This document shows, in pieces, positions 12,948 to 24,349 of a stretch of DNA of 64,000 bases. Both the position numbers and the translations under genes were made by a program. Location: contig OZ024744.1 of the NCBI GenBank assembly GCA_964016885.1, positions 41,540,001 to 41,604,000 on the forward strand, read 5' to 3'. Source of the DNA: Eledone cirrhosa. Its lineage: Eukaryota. The notes under the pieces were generated by a model, which was not told where the DNA came from, made no database searches, and saw only the letters and a list, made by a program, of their open reading frames with translations. The stretch's first letter is position 1, and every line of letters starts with the position of its first letter.

Positions 12948-15762
12948 TTTAGATCCGCTCTTCCCTGCTTGCAAGGGTGGGACGGGTCTTATACAGCACA
13001 GCATCTCTCCACTTGTCACGGTCCCTCGTCATCTCCACTGTGAGCTTCAACGATCTGAGGTCTGTTCTCACCACCTCCGCCCATGTTTTTCGTGGTCTAC
13101 CTCTACTATGTCTCCCTTCAACTGGCATTTCCTCGCACTTCTTCACCCATCGGTCATCCTCCATGCGCATCACTTGTCCATACCACCTCAGTCTCCTCTC
13201 TCGCACACTACATTGTATCCCTCTCAAACACAGTTTCCCTCTCGACACATTCATGCTGGGTTGTTCACGCACATTGACACTGCACATCCAACGGAGCATG
13301 CTTGCCTCATTTCTCTCTAGCCATCGCATATCCTCTGCAGTTGCTACCCATGTCTCACTACCATGCAGCATCGCGCTCCTCACACAGACATCATATAACC
13401 GGCCTTTCATACACAGGGAGAAACCCTTCTTCGTCAGCAGAGGAAGCAGCTCCCTAAACTTCTTCCAACCTGTCCTTATTCTAGATAATATGGCCTCGGA
13501 ACACCCCCCTCCCATGCTAATCTGATCTCCTAGGTACCGGAAGCTATCCACCACTTCTATAGCACCCGCCTGCATTTGAAAAATGTGTCTATCAATGCGA
13601 CTTCTACTGTCTAATTTTCCTGTACATCTACTGCATACATACTTCTCCCTACTTGTTAGTTTGCCTGCTATCCCGCTACATCTCTTGTGTACCAAAGATC
13701 TGCATTGTGTAAATTTTATAGAATTTATGCCAGTACCTTTTCTGCATATCGAACATGGCCATTTCCCTGGCGGAATCAGAGTTTCGTCGTCTTTTCTATT
13801 CATCAACACTTTTGTCTTATCTAGGTTCACTCTCAGTCCTCTTGCTTCCAACTGCTGTTTCCATAGCCAGAATTTATTCTCTAGCTCCTCTACTGATTCT
13901 GCTATAAGAACCAGATCGTCAGCATAGAGAAGTTCCCATGGATAGCCACTCTTAAACTCATCTGTTATGGCTTGGAGGACTATAATGAACATGAGTGGGC
14001 TGAGGACCGAACCTTGATGCACTCCTACTTGCATCTGGAATTCCTCACTAAACTCCATTCCTATCCTGACTTTACTGACAGTACCTCTGTACAAAGTTTG
14101 CACTGTCCTCACAAGCCATTCCTCAACACCTAGTTTCCTTAGGGACCACCAGATGACAGATCGGGGTGCCCTAGCAAAGGCCTTCTCTAGGTCAACAAAG
14201 GCTAAGTATAGTGGCTTATTCTTCTCTAAGAACCTCCCTTGTAGTTGTCTCACCAAGGAGAGGGCATCTGTTGTACTTTTCCCAGGCACAAAACCAAACT
14301 GCATCTCATCTAGTTTGACCCTTTCTCTAATTAGTTGTGCTAATATCTTTCTACCACTTTCATAACCTGATCCATCAGTTTTATACCCCTATAATTGCTC
14401 CTCTCCAGAACATCCCCTTTACCTTTGTAGCAATTTATGAGAATACTGCTGCACCAGTCTTTGGGTATGACACCACCATATATAGCCTGATTGATGATGC
14501 GTGCAACCAGTTTAGTGCCTACGTCCCCTGATGCCTTCAGCATCTCAGCAACTATCCCGGATGGTCCAGCAGCCTTACTATTTTTCATTTCCTTAATCGC
14601 CTCATGGACTCTATATTCGTCAATCTCAATAGCTGGTCCCTCTGTCGGATCTACTGAGGGTAATTTCTCTCTCCCATTCGTTCTTCGCATTCATTAGTCT
14701 CTCATAATGACATTTCCAGGCCTCTTTTTTCTGATCATTCGTGACACTAAGTACACCGGCATCATTCCGGACACATTTATCTCCAACAACATGCTGATTT
14801 GCATTGAAACACTGTTTTGCAATGTGGAACACTTCACGCCTCTGTTCTTCCCATCGCAGAACATTGGCAAACCTCCTACTCTCAGCCTCCCTGCATGCTA
14901 AGTACACGTGATGTCTAGCTTCTCTTTTAGCGGCTGTATATCCTTCCCTACTCCCACCCTTTTTCCAAGCCTTCCATGCTAGTCTTTTGTCTCTAATGGC
15001 CTTATCTACTGTGCTGTTCCACCACCAGGTCACTCTCTGTCTGGTTGGAGCTCTGCTCCAGCCACAAGTTTCATCAGTAGCATGCAGTAAGTTGTCACGT
15101 AAGAAATTCCAGTTATTATCTATGTCATACGTCTCTAAATCGTCTTCTTTTTCGTCATACACATCTTGAAGGGCTTTCCTGAATTTGTATTTTAGTGAAA
15201 GGTCTTTTAGCTTCCAGACCTTTCTTCTCCACACCTTCCTGTATGTCTCATTCCATCTCTTGCTTACTGAGATATTACTAACGACTATTATGCTGTGGGG
15301 TACATTCTTCCCCAGGATATGCCTTGGTATTAGACACTATCTGCCTGGCCCGCTGCCTGACTAGTAAGAAGTCAATCTGGCTTATGTAGGTTATTAGGTG
15401 GTTGGCAGGTTTCTGGAAGTTAGTGTTGCAGATAGTCAGTGTACTTGCATCACAAAATTCAAGAAGTCTCACTCCTTCTTCATTTCTTGAGCCGTAACTG
15501 TGCCCACCCTGTACCCCAGTGCAACCATCCTGGAGCTGTCCAAAATGACCATTGAAGTCCCCTGTTAGCAAAACGAGGTCTCAGACCTCTGTCATTGCGG
15601 TTGTTTGTAAAAATTGCTCGTAAAAGCAGTCTTTCTCTTCTTTGCCTAGGCCTGCTTGGGGAGCATAGGCAGAGATGATTGTCAGTAGTCTCCTGCCTAC
15701 AACTAATCTAAGCTTAATTATTCGATTACTAACTCGAACTACCTCTATTGTCTTATTGATCC
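12917..15762 (-). mobile_element. RTE-clade LINE (family B), 5'-truncated within the APE domain, frameshifted
   Basis: APE (SAYAPQ, GDFNGH), RT (LLYADD) and PHD finger; the ORF runs almost into the (GAT)n tail, with essentially no 3' UTR. Confidence 0.93.
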
Positions 15763-15787
15763 ATATATATATATTATATATATAATG

Positions 15788-16128
15788 GAGGCACATGGCT
15801 TAGTGGTTAGAACATTGGCCTTGCAATCGAAAGGTTGTGAGTTCAATTCCCAGACCGGGGTGATGTGTTGTTTCCTTGAGCAAGACACTTTATTTCACAT
15901 TGCTCCAGTTTACTCAGCTGTAGAAATGAGATGATAGGGACTGAGGTCCATATCATTCCACGGCAAAGTGGTCATGGAGGTGCCACGGCAAAAAAGCACC
16001 CAGCACTCACTGTAAATGAGGTTGGTGTTAGGAAGGGCATCCAACTGTAGAAATCAAGCCAGAATCAGTTCCCGTCCCACCCTTGCAAGCAGGGAAAAGT
16101 GGACGTAAAAAATGATGATGATGATGAT
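15788..16128 (+). mobile_element. CORE-type tRNA SINE with RTE-derived body and tail (young family)
   Basis: A box tggcttagtgg, B box gagttcaattc, CORE-like ccttgagcaagacactt...cagctgtagaaatgag; tail identical to the RTE-B 3' end. Confidence 0.9.
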
Positions 16129-16158
16129 TATATATATATATTATATATATATATATAT

Positions 16159-16192
<34 letters not shown>

Positions 16193-16249
16193 ATATATTA
16201 TATAAATATATATAAATATATATATATTATATATTATATATATATATAT

Positions 16250-16280
<31 letters not shown>

Positions 16281-16440
16281 ATATATATATATATATTATA
16301 TATATATTATATACATATATATATAATATAATATATCTAATATTATATATATATTATATTTATATATATATTATATATATATATTATATTATATATATAT
16401 ATAATAATATATATATTATATTCATATATATATATAAATA
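16129..16440. repeat. Degenerate (TA)n microsatellite (similar tracts at 3055-3250, 12760-12916, 23180-23668, 33060-33355, 63870-64000 and elsewhere)
   Basis: Directly visible. Confidence 0.95.
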
Positions 16441-16512
16441 TTACCGTCTAACCCATGCTAGCGTGGAAGAACGGACGTGAAACGGTGATGATGATGATGA
16501 TATATATATATA

Positions 16513-17800
16513 CATGGATGATATTTGTTCGCAATTTTCAACTGCTAATTTTATGCAAATTTTTTTTTACTTCCGTTGTCACTCTTGTCTTCATAAAAAC
16601 AGTGACTATATTTCCATTATTTATGTTCAGAATAATTGATTATGAATAATTTTGAACCTCCAAATTTGTGGAAGAGACTTCTTCTTGTAATCCGCGCTGG
16701 GAGGACAAATAAGGAAATTTCAGACTTTCTCAGTGTCAGCAGGAGAATGGCGGAAAAGGTCAGAAAGGAATTGGAAGATTCAGGATTCGACAACAAAGCA
16801 ACATCAGAGAGGAAAACACATGATCGACGATCTGACGCCTTCAGAACGCCCAAGTTCGTCGCTGAAGTTCAGGATATCATCAACAATGAACCTAGCAATT
16901 CGATGCGTGCCATTGCAAGGGAGAAAGGCGTGGATGAAAAGCTCATTAGGCTGGTGATACATGAAGACATTCGCTACGTTTCATACAAAATGAGGAATGG
17001 ACAATTTCTGTCAAAGGCGATGCAAGAAAAGCGACTGAAGCACGCAAAGAAGCTGATCAACAAGTTGAAACACCCACTGGAGCCAGACATGCTGTGGTTT
17101 TTCTCCGACAAGAAAAACTTCTGCCAAGACCAGAAGATCAACTCCCAGAACAACAGGTGGCTCCCTGTCTCATCCAAAGAGTCATGCAGACAAAGTTTCC
17201 AGCGATAACATTGGTCTTAGGTGTCGTCAGCAGTCAAGGTGACGTCATGCCACCTCATTTCTTCCCTGAGGGCCTCAAGCTGAACAACGATGGCTACATC
17301 CGCATTCTGAGCAAGATAGTAAAGCCCTGGATCGACCAGGTAGCTGCAGGTAGGCCGTATGTGTGGCAGCAAGACTTAGCGCCCTGCCATACCAGCCGAA
17401 AGACCCAAGCCTGGCTGTCAAAGAACTTCGTCGACCACACTTCACCTGACATCTGGCCTCCCAGCTCGCCTGACAGCAACCCCTTCGACTTCTTTGTGTG
17501 GGGCGCAGTGGAACGAGACACCAACAGATATAGCTGCAATACGAAAGACGATCTGAAGGCCAGGATCACAAGTGCCTTTAGGGGCTTAAGTTAGGGGACA
17601 GTGACAAAGGCCTGTAGCCGGTTCCGAGGCTGCCTTGAGGCCGTCATCAAAGCCAATGGCAGGTTTATTGAGTGAGATCGAAAGAACAAGTTAATGAAGA
17701 CAAACTGACCCAAGTTTGATAAATATATCTTAAAAAATAAAACTACTGTGTTATTTTTTCCTAGACAGTAATCTCGCAAATGAATATCGTCTGCACCCTG
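16513..17800 (+). mobile_element. Tc1/mariner DNA transposon, DD37D (maT) family, frameshifted transposase
   Basis: WFFSD / WQQD-x37-D (SPDSNPFD), with 37 residues counted between the 2nd and 3rd Asp. TIR consensus cagggtacggacgatatttgttcgcaa (left copy decayed); TA flanks; frameshift near 17180. Confidence 0.9.
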
Positions 17801-17806
17801 TATATA

Positions 17807-17849
<43 letters not shown>

Positions 17850-18048
17850 TTTATTCAGGTTTGAGGTTCACCACTGGATAGAGCTGGTCTATTCCGTATG
17901 GTCAATCGCAATGTAATAATATAGAGAGTACTCAACGTAAAGCAGTTCAACCGTCTTTGTTTTTGTAGTTGGTGGTGCTATTACGGAGTTAAATATTATA
18001 ATGAAATGACAAGAGGCTGGATTTGTGTAATTCCTTGAAAGGTTTATT

Positions 18049-18089
18049 ATACTATGATCATTTCAATGACCGGTGATATCATCAGGTAT
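18049..18089 (-). ncRNA. Minimal type I hammerhead motif with collapsed stem II
   Basis: Minus strand AUAC-CUGAUGA-UAUCACCGGUCAUU-GAAA-UGAUCA-UA-GUAU. Confidence 0.5.
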
Positions 18090-19509
18090 TCGAAATATAA
18101 TACGTGAGTCTAAACAAAAACGTAACGTTCCAATCTTCTGCTCACACATTATAACACACTGACCCCCACTATATTTACCTCTGCTAAGATACGAGTCCCT
18201 GTGAACATTTTTTCGCGCCACTCCTGGCCTGACTGTAGTCTGACATTAATATCGACCTTTCTTCCTTTTTCTTCTTGTAGCCATCAACCCTGACTTTTCT
18301 ACTTCTTCCTTTTAATTAACGTTTCTTCACAAAAGACTCTCTTTAACTAAACCCCGCAACCCAAAACCTTAAAAAAGTTTTTTTAAATGTTTAATTTTCA
18401 ATTTTCTGTTTGTTCAATTTTCAATCTTCTTACTCTTTGATTTTATAATGTTATTCTGAATTCTTTCAACTTCATCCTATAAATTTAAACAGTATTTTAA
18501 CGTTCCAACTTTCTGTCGGACTGTTGGGTGGGTTTTCCTGGCGGCGGGACCGGCCCCCTGGCGCATGGGCCTACCTTGAGTGCTTGGAAAAATAAATTTC
18601 CCCTTCTTTCGGTAAATGAAACTACTCGGAGTGGCCTGATTCGCCCCAGGAGGCCCGGAGCGCGGCCGGTTTTTTAACCGCCACATAGTACCTTTAAATT
18701 ACGGATCAAATCAGAACTATTGGATATATCAACCTTAAAATGTTAAACTGTTTAACTTTGAATTTTCTAATTCCTTTGATATTGAATATTGATTATTAAT
18801 TTTTAACTTCATCCTATAAGTCTAAACAAAAACGTAACGTTCCAATCTTCTGCTCACACATTATAACACACTGATCCCCACTATATTTACCTCTGCTAGG
18901 ATACGGGTCCCTGTGAAAATTTGTTCGCGCCACTCCTGGCCTGACTGTAGTCTGACATTAATATCGACCTTTCTTCCTCTTTCTTTCTATCTTCCTTCTT
19001 GTAGCCATCAATCCTGACTTTTCTACTTCTTCCTTTTCTTCCTTCTCTTCTCCCTTCTTTCTGTCTTCCTCCCGCAGACTTATATTCCTTCCCCTTTTTG
19101 TTTGCCTATATTTGACCGGTAGTAGTTGTTTAGATACGGGTCCTGTAGAATAAAAAAAATGTCTTCGCGACAATCCTGGCCTGACTGTAATACCGACCTT
19201 TCCTCCTCTTTCTTTCTGTCTTTCTTCTTATATCTGACATTAACCCTGGTTTCTCTTCTTCTTCCTTCCCCCCTTCTCTCTTCTTCCTTTCTTTCTTTCT
19301 TTTTTCTTGTAGCATGAGATTAACGCTAACTTATGTTCCCTTCCCTTTCTGTTTTCCTTTATCTGACCGGTAGTAGCACACTGTAAGCTTTAGCCACGTC
19401 AGTCGAGGGCGACCGGCTAAGGTAAAAGGTGCTGGATAGCGGTCGCCCTTGGGTCCTCGATTTTCAGCCCCATGGATTTTATCTATTACATTCACGTATT
19501 ATATTTCGA

Positions 19510-19567
19510 ATACCTGATGATATCACCGGATTCATACGGAACCCGGTCATTGAAATGATCATAGTAT
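19510..19567 (+). ncRNA. Minimal type I hammerhead motif with palindromic stem III
   Basis: AUAC-CUGAUGA-uaucACCGG..CCGGUcauu-GAAA-UGAUCA-UA-GUAU followed by AAUAAA. Confidence 0.65.
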
Positions 19568-19875
19568 AATAAACCTTTCAAGGATTTACACAAATCCAGC
19601 CTCCTGTCATTTCATTATAATATTATATATATATTATATTTTTATATATATATATAATATTTATATACATATATATATAGAGAGAGATATATATATATAT
19701 AGATATATATAGACCAGTGCTGGATGTTTGTGTTCAAAGTACCTAATAATGAGGTGGTGTTAAAATAGGAAATGGATTAAGTCTCTAATGCATGTGGACA
19801 GCAGTGGAATTTGAACTTAGAACAATGAATCAGAACAAATGCTGATTGATATCCCATGTGATGCTTAGATGATTT

Positions 19876-20212
19876 TATAATAATAATGAAATTATTGTGT
19901 ACAGTGCTCAGGTGCACTACAACTCATCAAAGGTGCATGTATAGTACATAGAATAATATACAAATGTCAGGGAAGTGAATAGTACATGTGTATAGAGGGG
20001 GAATATTAGGTGTAGTGTTGGCGAATCTCAGGAAGCATGGAGGTTTTAAAGGATGCAGTGTCTCAACAGCAAACAACTGATGCAGGGAGTTTGTTCCATA
20101 CTTCAGCAACTCTGAGCGTGAAAAAATGTTTCCGAAAGTGATGGGAGCTGTGCTGTTTTCTGACTTTGTTGGCATGCCCACATGTGTTAGACACATGGAA
20201 ATCAAAAAGAGT
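19876..20212 (-). mobile_element. CR1-group LINE 3' end
   Basis: Minus-strand peptide FRKHFFTLRVAEVWNKLP; (ATT)n tail. Confidence 0.8.
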
Positions 20213-20213
20213 C

Positions 20214-20400
20214 CTTCTTCTTCTCTTCTCTTATTCCTGAGAGGGTCGTGGGACAGAGTCCTCAAACAGTCCCTCCAGCAGGTCCTGTCAGAAGCAACCA
20301 TCTCCAACTGATCCAGCTGGAATACCAGATGTTATCCAACCATCTTGCTTGGTGTCTACACCTGTGTTTCCTACCTGTTGGTTTTGCTCCTAAAGTGGTA
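20214..20400 (-). mobile_element. RTE-like 3' end of another family, (GAA)n tail
   Basis: Peptide ASDRTCWR..L followed by gaagaagaag. Confidence 0.55.
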
Positions 20401-20864
20401 CTTAATTACTTCTTTGGACTGGTTTTAAATTATCAAATTCAACAGAATTTGAGCTCTGGATGTAAGGATACAGAATAAATATCTCAAGGCATTTCGTCTA
20501 TTATTTTAATGAAAGGAAAGAGAGTACCCCTATCATTATTACAAGGTCTCTGTGATTGTTCAGGAAAAGAATACCCTCAAACTGGAGACTGAGTCCAAAT
20601 TCTTGCAACCTAATAATACACTCCACTAAGAGACAACCAAGGGCCAGGCTGAGATTACACTGAGCAACAGATTAAATCTAGCATCCAATAACAGAAACAG
20701 TCCAGCCAACCTGCCTCCGTACAGTTTCTATTTTGAGTTGACTCAAGGTTATGGTAGCTAACACCTGCTTAAGATGTCACACAGAGAAAACCCACATCCA
20801 TATGCTCATAAAGCAAGTAAACTAGAAAATGATTTTAAAAGTAAAGTGTTTTCACTTTATTTAC

Positions 20865-20969
20865 CTGTGGGTGTGTTTTCAAAGATCTAGTGTGTGATAA
20901 ACTTCTTCGTTTTCTAGCATGAGGTACAGCACGGTGCTTGAAGTGAAATTCAGTATTAGAATTCAGAAT
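20865..20969 (-). CDS. PCSK2: Internal coding exon of prohormone (neuroendocrine) convertase 2, propeptide region
   Basis: Polypyrimidine tract and tttcag acceptor, cag|gtaaat donor, 105 nt, phase 0/0. Translates as ILNSNTEFHFKHRAVPHARKRRSLSHTRSLKTHPQ, resembling the PC2 prodomain segment (vertebrate LPFAEGLYHFYHNGLAKAKRRRSLHHKQQLERDPR, also 35 aa, recalled from memory). Confidence 0.85.
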
Positions 20970-21118
20970 CTGAAACACAAGAAAGAGAAAGAGAGCAAAA
21001 TATTATAAGAATGAATTAATTTAAATGACTGAATAATTAAAAGCAATTCCATATATTTCCATCTACAAAAAATGTAACAAAAATGTATTTTCATTTTCAC
21101 AGTTGGGTTAGTAATAGA

Positions 21119-21337
21119 ATAACCTTTATGATACCCAACCATCTGAAACTACCCTTGGCTCTAAAATACAACACTGTTTGTTTTAAAATCTATCATAATT
21201 TTTTGTAAAAATCTTTATGCTCTAAACACCAGCTAAATAGTAAGAAAGTTATTTGTTACTAAATCCATCCAAATTCTTGATTATTTTCAGAATTATAGAC
21301 AGTGTCTTTCATTAGAAACTTGGCAACAAAATGTTTA
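21119..21337 (+). mobile_element. Decayed TTAA-type MITE (family 2; relatives near 31630-31827, 41660-41900, 55690-55840 and 56221-56490)
   Basis: Shared body ccaaacaccagcttaataatgagaaagtt...aattcttgattattttc; ttaaccttt...aagggttaa-like ends. Confidence 0.55.
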
Positions 21338-22004
21338 AATTTAGCTTACATTTTAAATATAAGCTGTGTTGTGCATAAATATTTATCATTTAATTAATAA
21401 CATCATTGGCAAATTCAAATTATGCAAATTAGACTGGTCATTACAGTTATGTTCTGGTTTCTGTTTGATATAAATAGTAATATGCCTTACATTATTTTCA
21501 TGTGTGTAAATGTAAGGGTACATTGCTTCTGATAAACAGTACACTAGCTGTGAAACATATAAAAGGAACCCTTATATATTTCTATGTATTAAGTGTCTAA
21601 TAAAAGGTGTTCACACTTGTTTATGTTTCACAACAAAGCTTATTATTTAAAATTGCTATTATGCTTATATTACATTTATATGTAATGATATGGTAGATAG
21701 GGTAACATACACTGTGCAGAACTATTTACCATTTAATAAATCACATTGTCAAAAGAATGCACGTTATGCAAATTAGACAATGGCAATTTTAGTCAAGTTC
21801 TGATTTCTGTTTAACATAAATAGTAATTTGCTATAAGTTCTCTTCATGGACAGAAGGCTAATGGTACACGGATATCTTCTGATGAATGTGTGTATGTCAC
21901 ATTACATACATTTGATAACATCTAAGATCAATAGGATGAAAGTAAAGATAAAGTAAAGATTATATAATTTGAAACAAAAAACATCAAAAGCAGAATAAAT
22001 CTCA

Positions 22005-22300
22005 TACCAACACCACACTACCACCACAACCACCACTACCACCACCAACAACAAAAACACAACTATAACTACAACCACCCCCACCAACAACAACAAAAAC
22101 ACAGCTACCACTACAACCACAACCACCAACAACAAAAACACAACTACCACTACAACCACCACCAACAACAAAAACACAACTACCAATACAACCACCCCCA
22201 CCAACAACAAAAACAACCCACGCCAACAACAAAAAAACAACTACCACTACAACCACCCCCACCAACAACAACTACCACTACAACAACAACAACAACAAAT
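22005..22300. repeat. About 39-42-bp ACC/AAC-rich minisatellite
   Basis: Unit accaacaacaaaaacacaactaccactacaaccacc(ccc) repeated about 6-7 times. Confidence 0.85.
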
Positions 22301-22547
22301 AACAAATAATAATGATGATTATGGTGATGATGTTGGTGATGGTGATGATGGTGATGGTGGTGGTTTTAAAAAGAAATAACAGTGTAACAAAGCTAGAATC
22401 TACCATGTTATTGATTGATGCCATGAAGACTTCATTTCCATCACATGTTGGAATACAAGTATATATGTATGTATATATACAGTATATATACAGTATATAT
22501 ACAGTATATATATATATATACAGTATATATATACAGTATATATACAG

Positions 22548-22575
<28 letters not shown>

Positions 22576-22578
<3 letters not shown>

Positions 22579-22750
22579 CCCAGTCCACACTGTAAACGTG
22601 GTTGGTGTTAGGAAGGGCATCCAGCCGTAGAAAACCCGCCAGACAGTCCTATGCGAGCAAGACAACCACTCTTGCCTCAAGTGGGAAAACTCCCGTCCAA
22701 ACCCATGCAACCATGGAAGATGGACGTTAAACGATGATGATGATGATGAT
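22576..22750 (+). mobile_element. RTE family A 3' UTR terminal fragment
   Basis: Reverse complement of 1255-1437. Confidence 0.85.
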
Positions 22751-22846
22751 ATATACATATATATATATCTATATATCTATATATACATATATATATATAC
22801 ATACAAATATATATATCTATATATACATATATATATATATAGATAT

Positions 22847-23180
22847 GGAGGCACATGGCTTAGTGGTTAGAGCATAGGCCTTGCAATCGAAAGGTTGTGA
22901 GTTCAATTCTCAGGTGATGTGTTGTTTTCTTGAGCAAGACACTTTATTTCACATTGCTCCATGTTTACTCAGCTGTAGAAATGAGATGATAGGGACTGGG
23001 GTCCCTATCATTCCACTGCAAAGTGGTCGTGGAGGTGCCACGGCAAAAAAGCACCCATCACTCACTGTAAATTAGGTTGGTGTTAGGAAGGGCATCAAGC
23101 TGTAGAAATCAAGCCAGAATCAGTTCCCGTCCCGCCCTTGCAAGCAGGGAAAAAGCGGACGTAAAATGAAATGATGATGA
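22847..23180 (+). mobile_element. CORE-type tRNA SINE (same family as 15788)
   Basis: Near identity to 15788-16128. Confidence 0.9.
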
Positions 23181-23668
23181 TATATCTATGTATACATATA
23201 TATATATATCTATACATACAAATATATATATATATACAAATATATATATATACATATATTTACATACAAATTTATATATATATACAAATAAATATATATA
23301 TACATATATTTACATACAAATTTATATATATATACAAATATATATATATACATATATATACATACAAATTTATATATATATATATATACATACATACAAA
23401 TTTATATATATATATATATACATACATACATACATATATATATACATACATATATACATACATATATACATACATATATATATATATATATACATATATA
23501 TATACATATATATATACATACATATATACATACATATATACATATATATACATATATACATGCATATATACATACATATATATATATATATACATACATA
23601 TATATATACATACATATATATATACATATATATATATACATACATATATACATACATATATATATATA

Positions 23669-24289
23669 CATGGTGGCTGCCAACTCGTTTTCGAGTACGG
23701 CCACTACTTTATATCCATGTAGGAGAACCCCTACCGATGCGCTGAACGAGTGTGACTTTTTAGTCCAGCCAGCGACTTGAAAACTCTGGCACAAACACCC
23801 CACTGGTGACCATTATTGACATATAGTGCTGGGCCCATGGTACATGTGATGACAAGTGCAGAGATATCTCCAGATATAAAGCAATGCCTGAGCCGTGAAG
23901 CTTTTATAGTGAGCAAAGGCACTGCACAAAGCCAGTCCCACTCTCTTAACCAAGATGATATTTACCAAAAAGAAGAACAAGTCAACATCATTGGATACCA
24001 TCAGAGTTGCAGGTGTTATATCAGAGTTTTCCTTCTCCTAGAATTCTGCCTTGACAAAGGCTAAGGGGTCATCTCTCCCTGTGATTTTGGATGGCCATTG
24101 ACTCTTAAGAGCTCCTTTGCCCTTTGACAGGTCTTGTTTTTAGTCCTGCAGGATGTCCAAAGTCACCCTCCTCACCAAGAAACCTTGGTGGGTTTGCCAG
24201 TTTAGTCGCCAACGACCCGACCATGAGACAGGTTGTACTGGGATACATGTTACCAGTAGCACCAACTGGTGACCAACTGGTGACCCGAC
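23669..24289 (-). mobile_element. Apparently full-length non-autonomous bipartite RTE-type element (about 620 bp)
   Basis: The 5' part has the RTE 5'-UTR-like motif ctaggagaaggaaaactctga; the 3' part encodes a C2H2-finger remnant [19 protein letters not shown] and a (TATG)n tail; 5'-truncated copies at 4352, 35356 and 60640. Confidence 0.7.
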
Positions 24290-24349
24290 ATATATACATA
24301 CATATATATATATACATACATATATATATATATACATATATATATACAT

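Larger units (their letters stand above)
17845..19625. mobile_element. Penelope-like non-autonomous element with inverted pseudo-LTRs, each carrying a hammerhead motif
   Basis: 17993-18107 is inverted at 19492-19624; internal ~200-bp direct repeat (18108-18310 and 18820-19040); (TA)n on both flanks. Confidence 0.65.

Noticed and set aside
15788-15860. tRNA gene at SINE heads
   Set aside because: A and B boxes are present but there is no acceptor stem or terminator, and the head runs into the SINE body
23171-23803. YI/IY-rich ORFs (also near 12581, 16112, 33012 and 60771)
   Set aside because: (TA)n/(TACA)n microsatellites that simply lack stop codons
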